Below are positions 1 to 8,686 of a stretch of DNA of 27,415 nucleotides, one piece after another (position 1 is the first letter of the stretch; each line of letters starts with the position of its first letter). The notes beneath the pieces were generated by a model. The model was not told the origin of the DNA. It saw only the letters and a list, made by a program, of their open reading frames with translations, and searched no databases. Position numbers and translations under genes: made by a program. This DNA is from a virus (Duplodnaviria; Heunggongvirae; Uroviricota; Caudoviricetes), in the IMG/VR virus record IMGVR_UViG_2681813230_000002, positions 1 to 27,415 of that record; one strand, 5' to 3'.

Positions 1-246
1 TTATGGGAGATTTCCCCGGTTCACCCGAATAAGTGCGCGTGGTTTACTGACGGTAGCCCGCCGTAACCGGGCACGTTGCTTAACCAGTTTTCGAGGTACT
101 CGAGTCGATTTCGAAACGACAGAAACGCTTCGGTTGATGGCCTGCCCGGCAATACGGTTAACCGACTGGGCAGAGGCACGTGGAACGGCCGTTTTGCTGA
201 TGCTGTTGAGGTTTGCGATAGCCTGCTCGAGGCCTTTGATCGACAT
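1..246 (-). CDS. Minor tail protein Z (lambda gpZ-like), 81 aa, apparently truncated
   Basis: N-terminus MSIKGLEQAIANLNSISKTAVP...RVNRGNLP tracks my recollection of lambda gpZ (MAIKGLEQAVENLSRISKTAVP...KVNRGDLPVIK...), but a TAA stop follows LP at positions 1-3, whereas lambda Z is about 190 aa. Confidence 0.6.
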   Translation of the reverse strand: MSIKGLEQAIANLNSISKTAVPRASAQSVNRIAGQAINRSVSVVSKSTRVPRKLVKQRARLRRATVSKPRALIRVNRGNLP

Positions 247-254
247 AGCCCCTC

Positions 255-530
255 CTACTCAATGAAGATACGAGGTTTCCCGTTAAACAGTTCGTGACGT
301 GTGACGGTCCAGTTTTTGCCTTCCCAAACCACTTCATCGTTTCGTCGCGGGGTATAATCTCCACTGAATACCACCAGAGACCGTAAATTCCCTGATAACG
401 ACCCCATCTCTTCAAGCAACTCAGCAGAGATAACGTCGTATGTGATTCCGTTAATCAGAGCCGTTTTCCCCATCTTTTTTATGGTGGCCGCGTCCATGCG
501 AGCCGCCATCCGATCAAAGGGATTAGACAT
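255..530 (-). CDS. Head-tail attachment protein (lambda FII-like)
   Basis: 91 aa, located between head and Z genes; weak recalled similarity to gpFII family; overlaps upstream gene by 8 nt. Confidence 0.5.
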   Translation of the reverse strand: MSNPFDRMAARMDAATIKKMGKTALINGITYDVISAELLEEMGSLSGNLRSLVVFSGDYTPRRNDEVVWEGKNWTVTRHELFNGKPRIFIE

Positions 531-870
531 TAATCTTCACTTCAACAACGGTGGTGTTTGCCGGTGCATCTTCCCAGGCGATGCCTGCGGCAACGGCATC
601 CGTTCCATCGGTCTGGATTTTGCCGTCCTTCAGATACACCTGCGCCCCGGCAGTAACCGCATCTGCGGATACTTTTGGCAAGAGGAAAACACCCTCAGTA
701 AAACCGTCCCCGGTATCGCCAGCCGGGATATCGGTAATTGCCACCGCGATAAGTTTTCCAACAACAACCGGGTCGCCGCTCTGAATATCGGTTGCACCAC
801 TGTTTACCAGCGGGATCGTTTTCCCGTCCTGCGCATAGTTCTTAGCCATAACTTCTCCATTCAGCCCCAT
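523..870 (-). CDS. Head decoration protein (gpD-like, DUF2190-type)
   Basis: 115 aa Gly/Thr/Ala/Val-rich protein immediately downstream of capsid gene; typical of decoration proteins following protease-capsid fusions. Confidence 0.5.
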   Translation of the reverse strand: MGLNGEVMAKNYAQDGKTIPLVNSGATDIQSGDPVVVGKLIAVAITDIPAGDTGDGFTEGVFLLPKVSADAVTAGAQVYLKDGKIQTDGTDAVAAGIAWEDAPANTTVVEVKINV

Positions 871-931
871 GCGGGGCTGGTTTCAGGTATAAAAAAAGCC
901 CTTACGGGCATCTGTTTGTCAGGACTGTTTT

Positions 932-2878
932 TTATTGCCCAGTGGATTTGGTCATGCCGCGATGGTCCAGCGGCGCCACACCGGCATCAATACGCACTTT
1001 CGTGGCGATACCATCAGTGGTGAAGCCTTCCTGCTGATCGATGTAAGGCGTATCGACACCGTTGAGATAAGCGACCTCGATGGTGTCGGTGCCCTTCGCG
1101 GCGGCCAGATACCAGGCTTTCGCATCCGCTTCATCCAGACGCGGTTCAGCGATGACCTCTGCAAAGTTCTGGATCGGGTTAACGATGCCGGCATTAATAT
1201 CAGCACCTTTAACACTGGCCGACTTGATAGTCTGATTCGCCAGGGTTTCCAGAGCTACAGGCACCAGCATGTAGGCTGGGCGGATATTCAGGGTACGCTC
1301 ACCTTCCTTCTGCAGGCGCATCAGCTTGCGCGCTTCGTCCAGGCTGGCCACTGAAATTGCGCCCGCGCTCAGGTTCTTGTGATCGGCATGGAACAGCGGT
1401 TTGCCGTCGGAGAGTTTTGGGTTTTTGGTCAGGATGGCGTAAACCAGATCGCCAATCGTTGCTTTCGCCGCGCGCCCCATCTTCATCGGCACGTCGGTGA
1501 GCTGGTTCAGATCGTCGTTAATGATCGCCTGGCGGGTTACAGAGAAAATTTCACCATAAGTGGCAAGTGCGATGGTTTCGCCTTTATCACTGGTAGTGAC
1601 GTACTTGTACTCCGCCCCCTCACGAACCTGTCGCAGAGAAGGGAAACCACCCATACCGACACGATGCGCCGTTTTGAAGTCTGACAGCTGGCCTTTTTTG
1701 GTCCACAGTTCGAAGGTTTCCTGGGATTCTTCCCAGCCCTGAAGCAGCGCTTTGTTCGCCACATCGAGCAGAATATTGCCAAAGTCAGAGGTGCTGTGCG
1801 TCAGCGCCAGGCCAACCATCTGCATCGGATTGTAGCTGGATACACCGATACCTTTTTCTGTCAGGGCCATGCGCGCATACTCGCGCAGCGTCATACCGTT
1901 ATAAACGTTATCCCGCTCCTGGCCTTCAAAACCGGCACGCGCCATCAGCGCCTGTCGAATACCATCCGCAACGAAATTACCATTGCCCGCATAAATATGC
2001 GGTTGTGTGGTTTTGTTGGATGGCGTGGCTGTTTTACCGAGCTCTGCCAGCAGCAAATCTTTCGCCTTATCAACGGAACAATCAGGGTCGGCCACGCACT
2101 GATTTTGCAGTTCCGTGTGTTTATTACCGAACATGGCAAAGAGATCACCGATGGCGTTAACACGGGCTTTCTGCTCAGCCAGTACCTGCGCGCGGATCGC
2201 ATTTTCATCCGGCGCCGGGTCAGTTTTTGCCTGCGGTGCCTGAGGCTGGGTAATAACCGGGTCACGCTGGGTAGTATTGCGCGGCGGGGTGATCATGTTG
2301 CGAATGCTTTTTGGCATTTTTTCAAATTCCTCAATACGTTTTGAATGGATACAGGCCATAGCCTGCAGGGATGGAGTCACCTGGTCGGCAAAACCCTTTT
2401 CAAGGCATTCGCTGCCGCTCATCCAGGTTTCGTCTTCCAGCATTGCCGCAATTTCTTCGGTGGATTTCCCGGTTTTCTGCGCGTAAGCCGGGATAAGAAC
2501 GGATTCAACCTTGTCGAGAAGATCCGCATAGTCGCGCATATCAGTCGCATCACCACCAGCAAACCCCCAGGGCTTATGGATCATCATCATCGTGTTTTCA
2601 GGCATGATGACCGGATTGCCTACCATCGCGATCACCGAGGCCATGGAGGCCGCCAGACCGTCGATATGAACGGTAATCGCCGCACCGTGGTGCTTCAGCG
2701 CGTTATAGATAGCAATACCGTCGAAGACATCACCACCGGGTGAGTTGATGTGAAGGTTGATGTGGGTGATGTCACCAAGTGCCCGGAGATCATTGACGAA
2801 CTGTTTCGCCGTTACGCCCCAGTACCCGATTTCGTCATAAATAAAAATGTCGGCCTCGCTGTTATTGCTGGCCTGCAT
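932..2878 (-). CDS. Prohead protease (ClpP/S14 family) fused to major capsid protein (Mu gpT-like HK97 fold)
   Basis: N-terminal ClpP-like block (IFIYDEIGYWG...INSPGGDVFDGIAIYNAL...MASVIAM...MMMIHKPWGF) followed by linker and about 400 aa capsid-like domain. Start moved to ATG at 2878 (MQASNNSEADIF), 13 nt after portal stop; the 764-aa track ORF from 3226 overlaps the portal gene and looks like an out-of-context extension. Confidence 0.8.
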   Translation of the reverse strand: MQASNNSEADIFIYDEIGYWGVTAKQFVNDLRALGDITHINLHINSPGGDVFDGIAIYNALKHHGAAITVHIDGLAASMASVIAMVGNPVIMPENTMMMIHKPWGFAGGDATDMRDYADLLDKVESVLIPAYAQKTGKSTEEIAAMLEDETWMSGSECLEKGFADQVTPSLQAMACIHSKRIEEFEKMPKSIRNMITPPRNTTQRDPVITQPQAPQAKTDPAPDENAIRAQVLAEQKARVNAIGDLFAMFGNKHTELQNQCVADPDCSVDKAKDLLLAELGKTATPSNKTTQPHIYAGNGNFVADGIRQALMARAGFEGQERDNVYNGMTLREYARMALTEKGIGVSSYNPMQMVGLALTHSTSDFGNILLDVANKALLQGWEESQETFELWTKKGQLSDFKTAHRVGMGGFPSLRQVREGAEYKYVTTSDKGETIALATYGEIFSVTRQAIINDDLNQLTDVPMKMGRAAKATIGDLVYAILTKNPKLSDGKPLFHADHKNLSAGAISVASLDEARKLMRLQKEGERTLNIRPAYMLVPVALETLANQTIKSASVKGADINAGIVNPIQNFAEVIAEPRLDEADAKAWYLAAAKGTDTIEVAYLNGVDTPYIDQQEGFTTDGIATKVRIDAGVAPLDHRGMTKSTGQ

Positions 2879-2891
2879 GCGGAACCACGAA

Positions 2892-4391
2892 TTACTTTTT
2901 GCGCTGGCTTTCGGACGGTGGCGCGCCCGGTTCTTTGGCTTCGGCACTGGTGCCTCCTTTATCATTGGCGGGGTCGGTGTCAAACACCAGGCCCTGTTCT
3001 CGGTTCTCGTCAACCTCCGCTTTACGGCGTGACTTAACATCATCCGGGTTGCGACCGCTGGCACGGATCCAGTCGGATTCGGTTGCCGCACCGCCGCGGA
3101 TTTGCGTTTTCCAGGCATTGGCTTCTTTAACGGGATCAATCCACGGCATAACGGGTCCCGAATAAACCGCGTTATACAGCGTGTCCATATCGATGCCTCT
3201 CGGCAGCTTGATTTCTCCGGCAGCAATAGCCATCTTCAGCCAGGCCCGGTACATTGGCCGGGTCACTGAACCGATGAACCAGTCCTGCAAAATCAGATAT
3301 CCGTCGGTTGACTCGACAAGCTCCTGCCGCTGGGCACTGTATGTGCCGTTGTAGTTTCTGGATGTACTGGAAAAACTGAGGCGACTGCCCGCAGATACCG
3401 CCCGCAGCTGTCCGTTACGAAACGACTCGAGGTTAGGGTTCGGGCGATCGGATTTAATCATCCCGATTTCTTCCCCGGCCTGCAGTTCGTCATAGAGCAT
3501 ACCGGGCTGAATCATCAGCTCGCGGTCATCGCTGCTGGAATCTGAATCGAAACTCTGTCCGTCGCCTTTTTTGATATACATGCCGAGTGCCGCAGCAATT
3601 CTTGCTGCAGTAAGCTCCGAGTCCTCGTATTCTTTCAGCGCGCTCAGGCGCATCAGGACGCCAGACAAAAGAGACGTTCCGCGGGTCTGGTGCAGGCGGC
3701 GGGTGAATTTGAGATGGAGCATGTTCTCAGCATCTATCTCTTTCGTATCGAACTGTCGCCCGGATACCGGCAGACTTTTATAGACCTGATATTTTTTAGG
3801 CCGTCCCCAGTTATCGACAAAAACGCCCTGATTAAGCTGGGTGGCTTCATCGCTGTTCATCGGTACGAAATCAGGCTCCAGCGCTTCCAGCCAGAAAGGC
3901 ACACCAGCGACCGGCTGAAGCCCATTTCCGGTACCGCGAACCAGCTGAGCAAAAACCTCGCCGTCCCTGAGCCACGTTCGCAGCATAAGACGCTCAAGCA
4001 TGGGCCGGGTAAACTGGGTTGTGACATCGGGCCTTACGGACCATTCGCCCCACTTTCTGCGGATATCAGTGGCAAGCTTTTTGGCTATCTTCCCGTTACT
4101 CAGCATCGGATGCGGTTCAACTATGATGCCCTTCGCACCCACCACCCTTTCTTCCAGCTTGTCGAAAACGCCGATCACCAGATCGTGGTTGTTATCCAGC
4201 CAGCGCGCCTGCTGCCTCAGCGAAACCGCCCCCATCTGGCTGAGCTGATCGGCTGAACGATTTTCCTTCTGGGCTTTGTGGGTACGCGTTTGCTTTACCG
4301 CCTCATACGCTTTAATAACTGCGCGGGCACGCAGGCGTGAGGCTTTCCAGCCTGGTGAAAACAGGCCAATCGCATCATCTAAAAAACTCAT
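2892..4391 (-). CDS. Portal protein (lambda gpB family)
   Basis: 499 aa; position between gpW and protease-capsid gene; start overlaps gpW stop (ATGA). Confidence 0.8.
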   Translation of the reverse strand: MSFLDDAIGLFSPGWKASRLRARAVIKAYEAVKQTRTHKAQKENRSADQLSQMGAVSLRQQARWLDNNHDLVIGVFDKLEERVVGAKGIIVEPHPMLSNGKIAKKLATDIRRKWGEWSVRPDVTTQFTRPMLERLMLRTWLRDGEVFAQLVRGTGNGLQPVAGVPFWLEALEPDFVPMNSDEATQLNQGVFVDNWGRPKKYQVYKSLPVSGRQFDTKEIDAENMLHLKFTRRLHQTRGTSLLSGVLMRLSALKEYEDSELTAARIAAALGMYIKKGDGQSFDSDSSSDDRELMIQPGMLYDELQAGEEIGMIKSDRPNPNLESFRNGQLRAVSAGSRLSFSSTSRNYNGTYSAQRQELVESTDGYLILQDWFIGSVTRPMYRAWLKMAIAAGEIKLPRGIDMDTLYNAVYSGPVMPWIDPVKEANAWKTQIRGGAATESDWIRASGRNPDDVKSRRKAEVDENREQGLVFDTDPANDKGGTSAEAKEPGAPPSESQRKK

Positions 4392-4579
4392 CCAAACCTC
4401 GCCAGCCTGTAGCCGGGTCGCCCACGGCGTTTGTTATTGAGCGTTGCCAGTCGTCGCTCCCATTCCTGACGGCCTTTTCTGATTTCCGACAGGTTTTCGA
4501 GCGTCATCTGCTGCCCGTTGAAAGTGATTGATTTCCCCTCCAGAACAGACAGCTCGGCTGCAGCATAGCGGTCGATCAT
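4388..4579 (-). CDS. Head-tail joining protein gpW-like
   Basis: C-terminus ...LATLNNKRRGRPGYRLARFG resembles lambda gpW end (...RRRGPAGFYV). ATG at 4579 preferred over the track GTG start at 4627, which overlaps the terminase gene. Confidence 0.6.
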   Translation of the reverse strand: MIDRYAAAELSVLEGKSITFNGQQMTLENLSEIRKGRQEWERRLATLNNKRRGRPGYRLARFG

Positions 4580-4599
4580 GTTTTGAATATCTGCTGGAT

Positions 4600-6702
4600 T
4601 CACACCCAACCTCCTGACGAAGACCACGGATTAGCCTGCTCGGTTACGGGCTTCTCACGTTTTGGTTTTGGTTTAGATTTCGGCGCAGGCGGCGGGGATG
4701 GCATTTCGCCAGCTTCCGTCTGCGTGTCCTCGATCCACGTTTCCCGCCGTGCCCACTCAGGAGCTGACGGCCATTTGATTTTTTCGTAACCACTAAGGAT
4801 GGCGAGCGCGTCGGCATAAACGAGCAGGTCAAATGCTTCGTTTGCGCCCCGGCCGGGCTTACTCCATTTCCCTTCATTCGAGCGTTCCTCATACGTCAGT
4901 TCGTCATAGAACCAGCTGCCCAGCCAGGCGGGGAAATGCACATAGCCAGGGCCGGGTGAATCACGCCACAGCGCATTATTCACCCGGTCTTTAAGGGCAT
5001 CGGTCTGGAGAAGATAAAGAGGCACATCACCAGTCGCCTGTGCGCGGCGCGTTGATCTGCCCGTGTTGTCGGGAAACGTTCGCTGGATAAGTTTGCTGCG
5101 CCTGACGCTGTCCCCTTTGAAGAGATAGATACGCTTACCCAGCCCCTCACGGCGACATCTGCGCCAGAACTTGTAGGCATTATCCGTCACGCCATCTTCG
5201 CCCCCTGAGTCCACGGCCATCGACATCAGCCGCATGCCCTTTGATGGGTCAGCTGCGAGCGGCCACGTTTTATCAAAGACGTCAGTGAGTAAAAGATCCC
5301 AGTCCTCCGGATAGCTCGCCGGATCCACCTGAATGCTTTCACCGTTGCCGTCGCAGCGCAGCGAATGCCGGATGTTGTAACGGTCAACTATCCAGCGCTC
5401 ACCCATACTTCCATAACCCGTAATCTGCACAACAAAGCGCCGGTTGCGCCCGGCCTGCACGTCCACGGTCGCAGTGAGAAACTGCACGCCGTTCGGTACC
5501 GAACGTTTTGGGACGTCTTCGGCACGCTGCTCGAGCAATTCACTTTTACGCTGCTCCATGCTGGCTCGCGGCAAATAGGGCCTGCCGAAATCGGTGTTGA
5601 TCACCGTCTTCAGGGTTTCTTCGCTGCGCGTGGATTCATATTCCTGCTCGGCGGTCAGAAACTTATAAATAAGCTGCGCCCAGGTCTGGTAAGCAGCTGC
5701 CGGACCTTCCATCCAGAAGGAGGCAATACGGGAACGACGGCCATCACCGCTAACCAGGCCTTTCCTGTCGATGGTTTGCCCGTCCCGGAGCCAGACACAT
5801 TTCATGTTAAGCGCACGCTTCATGTCCGGTGTGATCCTGCCTTTACAGGCAGGGCACTGAAGAAACGCCGCTTCGCTGGCAAGCACAGGATCGCTGCTGT
5901 CGCGGTATCCGGTCATATTGTCCATTTCCGGCTGGAAATATTCGCCGCAATGCGGGCATGGCCAGTAAAGACGACGGCGGTCACCACGGTTATAGAGCGA
6001 TAAAATTCCGGTGGTCGGAGGGGCTTCATGGGGCGTGGAGCGCCGCCATTTTGTGTCTCTGATATCCCTCCCGGGCGAGCTCTCAACCAGCGTCATCCCG
6101 GAGGACATGAATGTCGTGGTTCGTTTCGATGCCAGTGAAAAAGCATCCCCCTCCCCGTCGATATCTTCCGGAAAGCGGTCATAATCCGTCAGCGCCACAC
6201 TTTTATAGTCCGAGGACGACATGATATTGACGGATGGCCAGCCCAGCTTCAGATAGTTACCGGCGCGGAATGTACGGTCGTAGACGTTGTTATCGTTACG
6301 TCTTGGGCTTAGCCGGGTTTTAACTTCAGGGCTACAGCGAAAAGTACGGTCCAGGCGTTTTTTGGAATGCTCGCGCGCTTTTTCCTCAGATACCTGAATT
6401 ACAAGCATATCTGCCGGATCGCAGACAATGTTATAAACGATCCAGCCGTCAATCAGCCCGATGGTTTTACCCGTTCGCGCTGGGCCCACAAACACAACCG
6501 CATCGTATTCACGCGATGCCAGACAGTTCATCGGCTCAATCACATAGGGTGCCAGATCCGGATCCCACGGAACTGAGTTTCCCGCCCCCATTGGCACGCG
6601 CATATAAGTACTGACCGCATCGGCCACCGGCATACGACGCGGGGCTCGTAAAATACCGGAAACATCGCGGCGGATGTCCCTGGCGGATGCCCGCTTTGCC
6701 AT
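4600..6702 (-). CDS. Terminase large subunit (lambda gpA family)
   Basis: 700 aa, Walker A-like GPARTGKT near N-terminus, follows Nu1-like gene with 1-nt overlap. Confidence 0.85.
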   Translation of the reverse strand: MAKRASARDIRRDVSGILRAPRRMPVADAVSTYMRVPMGAGNSVPWDPDLAPYVIEPMNCLASREYDAVVFVGPARTGKTIGLIDGWIVYNIVCDPADMLVIQVSEEKAREHSKKRLDRTFRCSPEVKTRLSPRRNDNNVYDRTFRAGNYLKLGWPSVNIMSSSDYKSVALTDYDRFPEDIDGEGDAFSLASKRTTTFMSSGMTLVESSPGRDIRDTKWRRSTPHEAPPTTGILSLYNRGDRRRLYWPCPHCGEYFQPEMDNMTGYRDSSDPVLASEAAFLQCPACKGRITPDMKRALNMKCVWLRDGQTIDRKGLVSGDGRRSRIASFWMEGPAAAYQTWAQLIYKFLTAEQEYESTRSEETLKTVINTDFGRPYLPRASMEQRKSELLEQRAEDVPKRSVPNGVQFLTATVDVQAGRNRRFVVQITGYGSMGERWIVDRYNIRHSLRCDGNGESIQVDPASYPEDWDLLLTDVFDKTWPLAADPSKGMRLMSMAVDSGGEDGVTDNAYKFWRRCRREGLGKRIYLFKGDSVRRSKLIQRTFPDNTGRSTRRAQATGDVPLYLLQTDALKDRVNNALWRDSPGPGYVHFPAWLGSWFYDELTYEERSNEGKWSKPGRGANEAFDLLVYADALAILSGYEKIKWPSAPEWARRETWIEDTQTEAGEMPSPPPAPKSKPKPKREKPVTEQANPWSSSGGWV

Positions 6703-7202
6703 CAGTCCTCCTCAGGCTGCTCCTCCTCTTTTCCAGCGTCCTGCACCTTCTCCGCCATCTGGTCGCGCAGATCATCGATAACGCTTTGCACACGAACTAC
6801 CGCAGCAGGCGTTAAAGCACAGTCGCGCTCGAGCACATCCGGGAGGGTTTCAAGTACCATGACGACGGCTTTCGCCATCAATGAGAATTCTCGCGCCACT
6901 TCATCTGCGGGTATTAACTGCCCCGTATCCTGTTCGAACTTCAGCCTCTCGTTCTCTGCTTTCCAGTGGGACAGCCTGTCAGAAGGGGGCATATCGTCGA
7001 TGTTGGCCGAAACGGTAGGGATCATCAGTTCGGTCAGAATGTCGGTCACCAGATAGAGCTTTAACTTGCTATTGCTGCCTGGAGCAGGTTCAACATTTTT
7101 CAGTCTCGCGGCAACCGTCTGACGGTGTACGCCGGTTATCCCTGCCAGCTGGTTGATATTGAGTTTTAAAGTGGCAATTTCCTGGTCCATGATGGTGAAC
7201 AC
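6702..7202 (-). CDS. Terminase small subunit (lambda Nu1-like, N-terminal HTH)
   Basis: 166 aa; N-terminal motif NINQLAGITGVHRQTVAARL resembles Nu1 winged-HTH; acidic C-terminus; immediately downstream of cos-like site. Confidence 0.65.
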   Translation of the reverse strand: MFTIMDQEIATLKLNINQLAGITGVHRQTVAARLKNVEPAPGSNSKLKLYLVTDILTELMIPTVSANIDDMPPSDRLSHWKAENERLKFEQDTGQLIPADEVAREFSLMAKAVVMVLETLPDVLERDCALTPAAVVRVQSVIDDLRDQMAEKVQDAGKEEEQPEED

Positions 7203-7295
7203 TTTTTGAACGATTCGACATGTTGCGAAAATGGCCTCTAATTAAATCAAAGACCTGCGCACATGATGATGATGACCCTGGATCCGAAAAACTAG

Positions 7296-7350
7296 CCGTT
7301 TCCCGCGAGCGCGCCGCCCCGTGGTAGGCAACCCCGCCGGGAGGACCCAT
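7296..7350 (-). other. cos site (cosN-like); predicted 12-nt cohesive end GGGCGGCGCGCT at 7308-7319 on the minus strand
   Basis: Minus-strand sequence ATGGGTCCTCCCGGCGGGGTTGCCTACCACGGGGCGGCGCGCTCGCGGGAAACGG closely resembles my recollection of the lambda genome-end junction (GGGTCCTTTCCGG...TTACG then GGGCGGCGACCTCGCGGGTTTTCG); lies about 110 bp upstream of the Nu1-like start. Confidence 0.65.
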
Positions 7351-7427
7351 AAGAAAACACAGGTCCGACCGCCGTTTTGAATTCTCTTCTAAACGACTCT
7401 AGTTTGATTTGAGTATGCAATACGCGT

Positions 7428-7451
7428 AAAAAAGCCCCGCATAGGCGAGGC
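7428..7451 (-). terminator. Rho-independent terminator downstream of the peptidase cassette
   Basis: Minus strand reads GCCTCGC-CTAT-GCGGGGC (7-bp stem with one G-U) followed by TTTTTT. Confidence 0.55.
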
Positions 7452-7470
7452 TGGAATCAGACAGGGGGGA

Positions 7471-8373
7471 TTAAGACTGGATATTCCAAATCATTGCGTT
7501 ACCGTTATGATTTTCAATGATTTTTGCCAGTGGTGCTCCACCAAAAGAATGCATGTAGCTGTGATGTATAGTCAAAACCAAATCTTGAAGTACTTGATCA
7601 CTTTCAAGTTCGGTAACATTCAACCCAATTTTCTGCGCCTTATCAAAATGAATATGACGCGAGTGGGTATAGGTTGTGTGATGGTTGTTTAACTCTGAAC
7701 AAACATGTGTTGCTTTTGATTCTGCCTCAGGATCATTATCAAACATGCCTGTCATAAGCCAATGCTTAACAATCTCATTTGCCCATTTGATTGCTTTCTC
7801 ACACTCGCCGATGATCGTCGGGTTTAGCTTTTGAAGAATGAACTGCCACATCTGAACAGCTGCGGGATTTTGAAAAATTTCCGTCTGCGCACGATTCCAT
7901 TCTTCAATGATGGCATGGGTGGAGAAACCGTTGAACTGAGGATCAATTGGGCCAATGTTGGACTGTTTACCCATGATGATTTCATTGGCACAACATGCAA
8001 GCATAGTTCCGCAGGACATTGAAATCATAGGAACAATTGCTCTGATGTTAGTTCCAAACTTCGACCTTAAGTAATGCCCGATTGATTCCAAAGCGGCAAT
8101 ATCACCACCTGGAGTATGAAGTATCAAATCCAACCCTTTTGATACATCTAAACCATTGATGGCTGTCATCAACCCGTTCTTATCATCATCAGTCATCTGA
8201 GTAAGATGGCGTACTTCTGCACCACCATGCTGTAACCACCCTGAGTAATATGTGATTACATTTCTTCCAGTATGATTCGAAAGTTGAGATAAGTATTTAC
8301 GGCGAACCTCATCCATAGGACTTTTATGGGCGAGAGCCGTTATCTCGCCCAGTACGTCGCTCCAATTAGGCAT
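7471..8373 (-). CDS. SDH/S49-like Clp-fold serine peptidase (accessory moron)
   Basis: 300 aa with motifs LILHTPGGDIAALESIGHYL and MISMSCGTMLACCANEIIMG typical of ClpP/SppA-fold serine peptidases; AT-rich relative to flanking phage genes. Confidence 0.7.
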   Translation of the reverse strand: MPNWSDVLGEITALAHKSPMDEVRRKYLSQLSNHTGRNVITYYSGWLQHGGAEVRHLTQMTDDDKNGLMTAINGLDVSKGLDLILHTPGGDIAALESIGHYLRSKFGTNIRAIVPMISMSCGTMLACCANEIIMGKQSNIGPIDPQFNGFSTHAIIEEWNRAQTEIFQNPAAVQMWQFILQKLNPTIIGECEKAIKWANEIVKHWLMTGMFDNDPEAESKATHVCSELNNHHTTYTHSRHIHFDKAQKIGLNVTELESDQVLQDLVLTIHHSYMHSFGGAPLAKIIENHNGNAMIWNIQS

Positions 8374-8376
8374 AAA

Positions 8377-8577
8377 TCAGTACGTGTAAAGTTGATGACT
8401 TGTAGTTTGGTTTTGCTTCGATTGTGTAGCGGTACCTTGTGAGTACCAAACACCTGTGTTTCCACTCGTACTAGTTTGCTGTGCCATTACACGAGAAGCG
8501 AAGTTGTTAACAGTTTCACCAGTCAACATTTCTGCCGGTTTGATATTGTAAACATCGTAGAACTCAGCTGGGGTCAT
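8377..8577 (-). CDS. Small hypothetical protein, 66 aa, with Ser/Thr/Gln/Asn-rich C-terminus
   Basis: ORF ends 4 nt before the peptidase start; strong SD (AAGGAG) 7 nt upstream of ATG; AT-rich. Confidence 0.5.
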   Translation of the reverse strand: MTPAEFYDVYNIKPAEMLTGETVNNFASRVMAQQTSTSGNTGVWYSQGTATQSKQNQTTSHQLYTY

Positions 8578-8584
8578 AATGATA

Positions 8585-8640
8585 GCTCCTTTTATAGCGC
8601 TACATATAGTGCCTGTGCCAAGGGGGACATACTATATGTG
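8585..8640 (-). promoter_or_regulatory. Putative promoter for the peptide/peptidase cassette
   Basis: Minus strand reads TTGGCA-18 nt-CTATAA, then AAGGAG and ATG; hand-identified, weak. Confidence 0.3.
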
Positions 8641-8664
8641 CCATTGTTGTCATATTTAAATGTG

Positions 8665-8686
8665 CAAAAAGCCTCAAAAGAGGCTT
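8665..8686 (-). terminator. Hairpin plus T-run upstream of cassette (downstream of Rz)
   Basis: AGCCTC-AAAA-GAGGCT stem-loop with flanking T-run on the minus strand. Confidence 0.4.

Noticed and set aside
442-1023. 193-aa plus-strand ORF
   Set aside because: Antisense to the head decoration and capsid genes; Cys/Arg-rich translation that does not look like a protein
2879-3226. N-terminal 116-codon extension of the protease-capsid ORF
   Set aside because: Overlaps the portal gene in another frame and translates to an Arg/Pro-rich sequence; ATG at 2878 just after the portal stop precedes the ClpP domain directly
5365-6003. 212-aa plus-strand ORF
   Set aside because: Antisense to the terminase large subunit gene, which has strong family motifs
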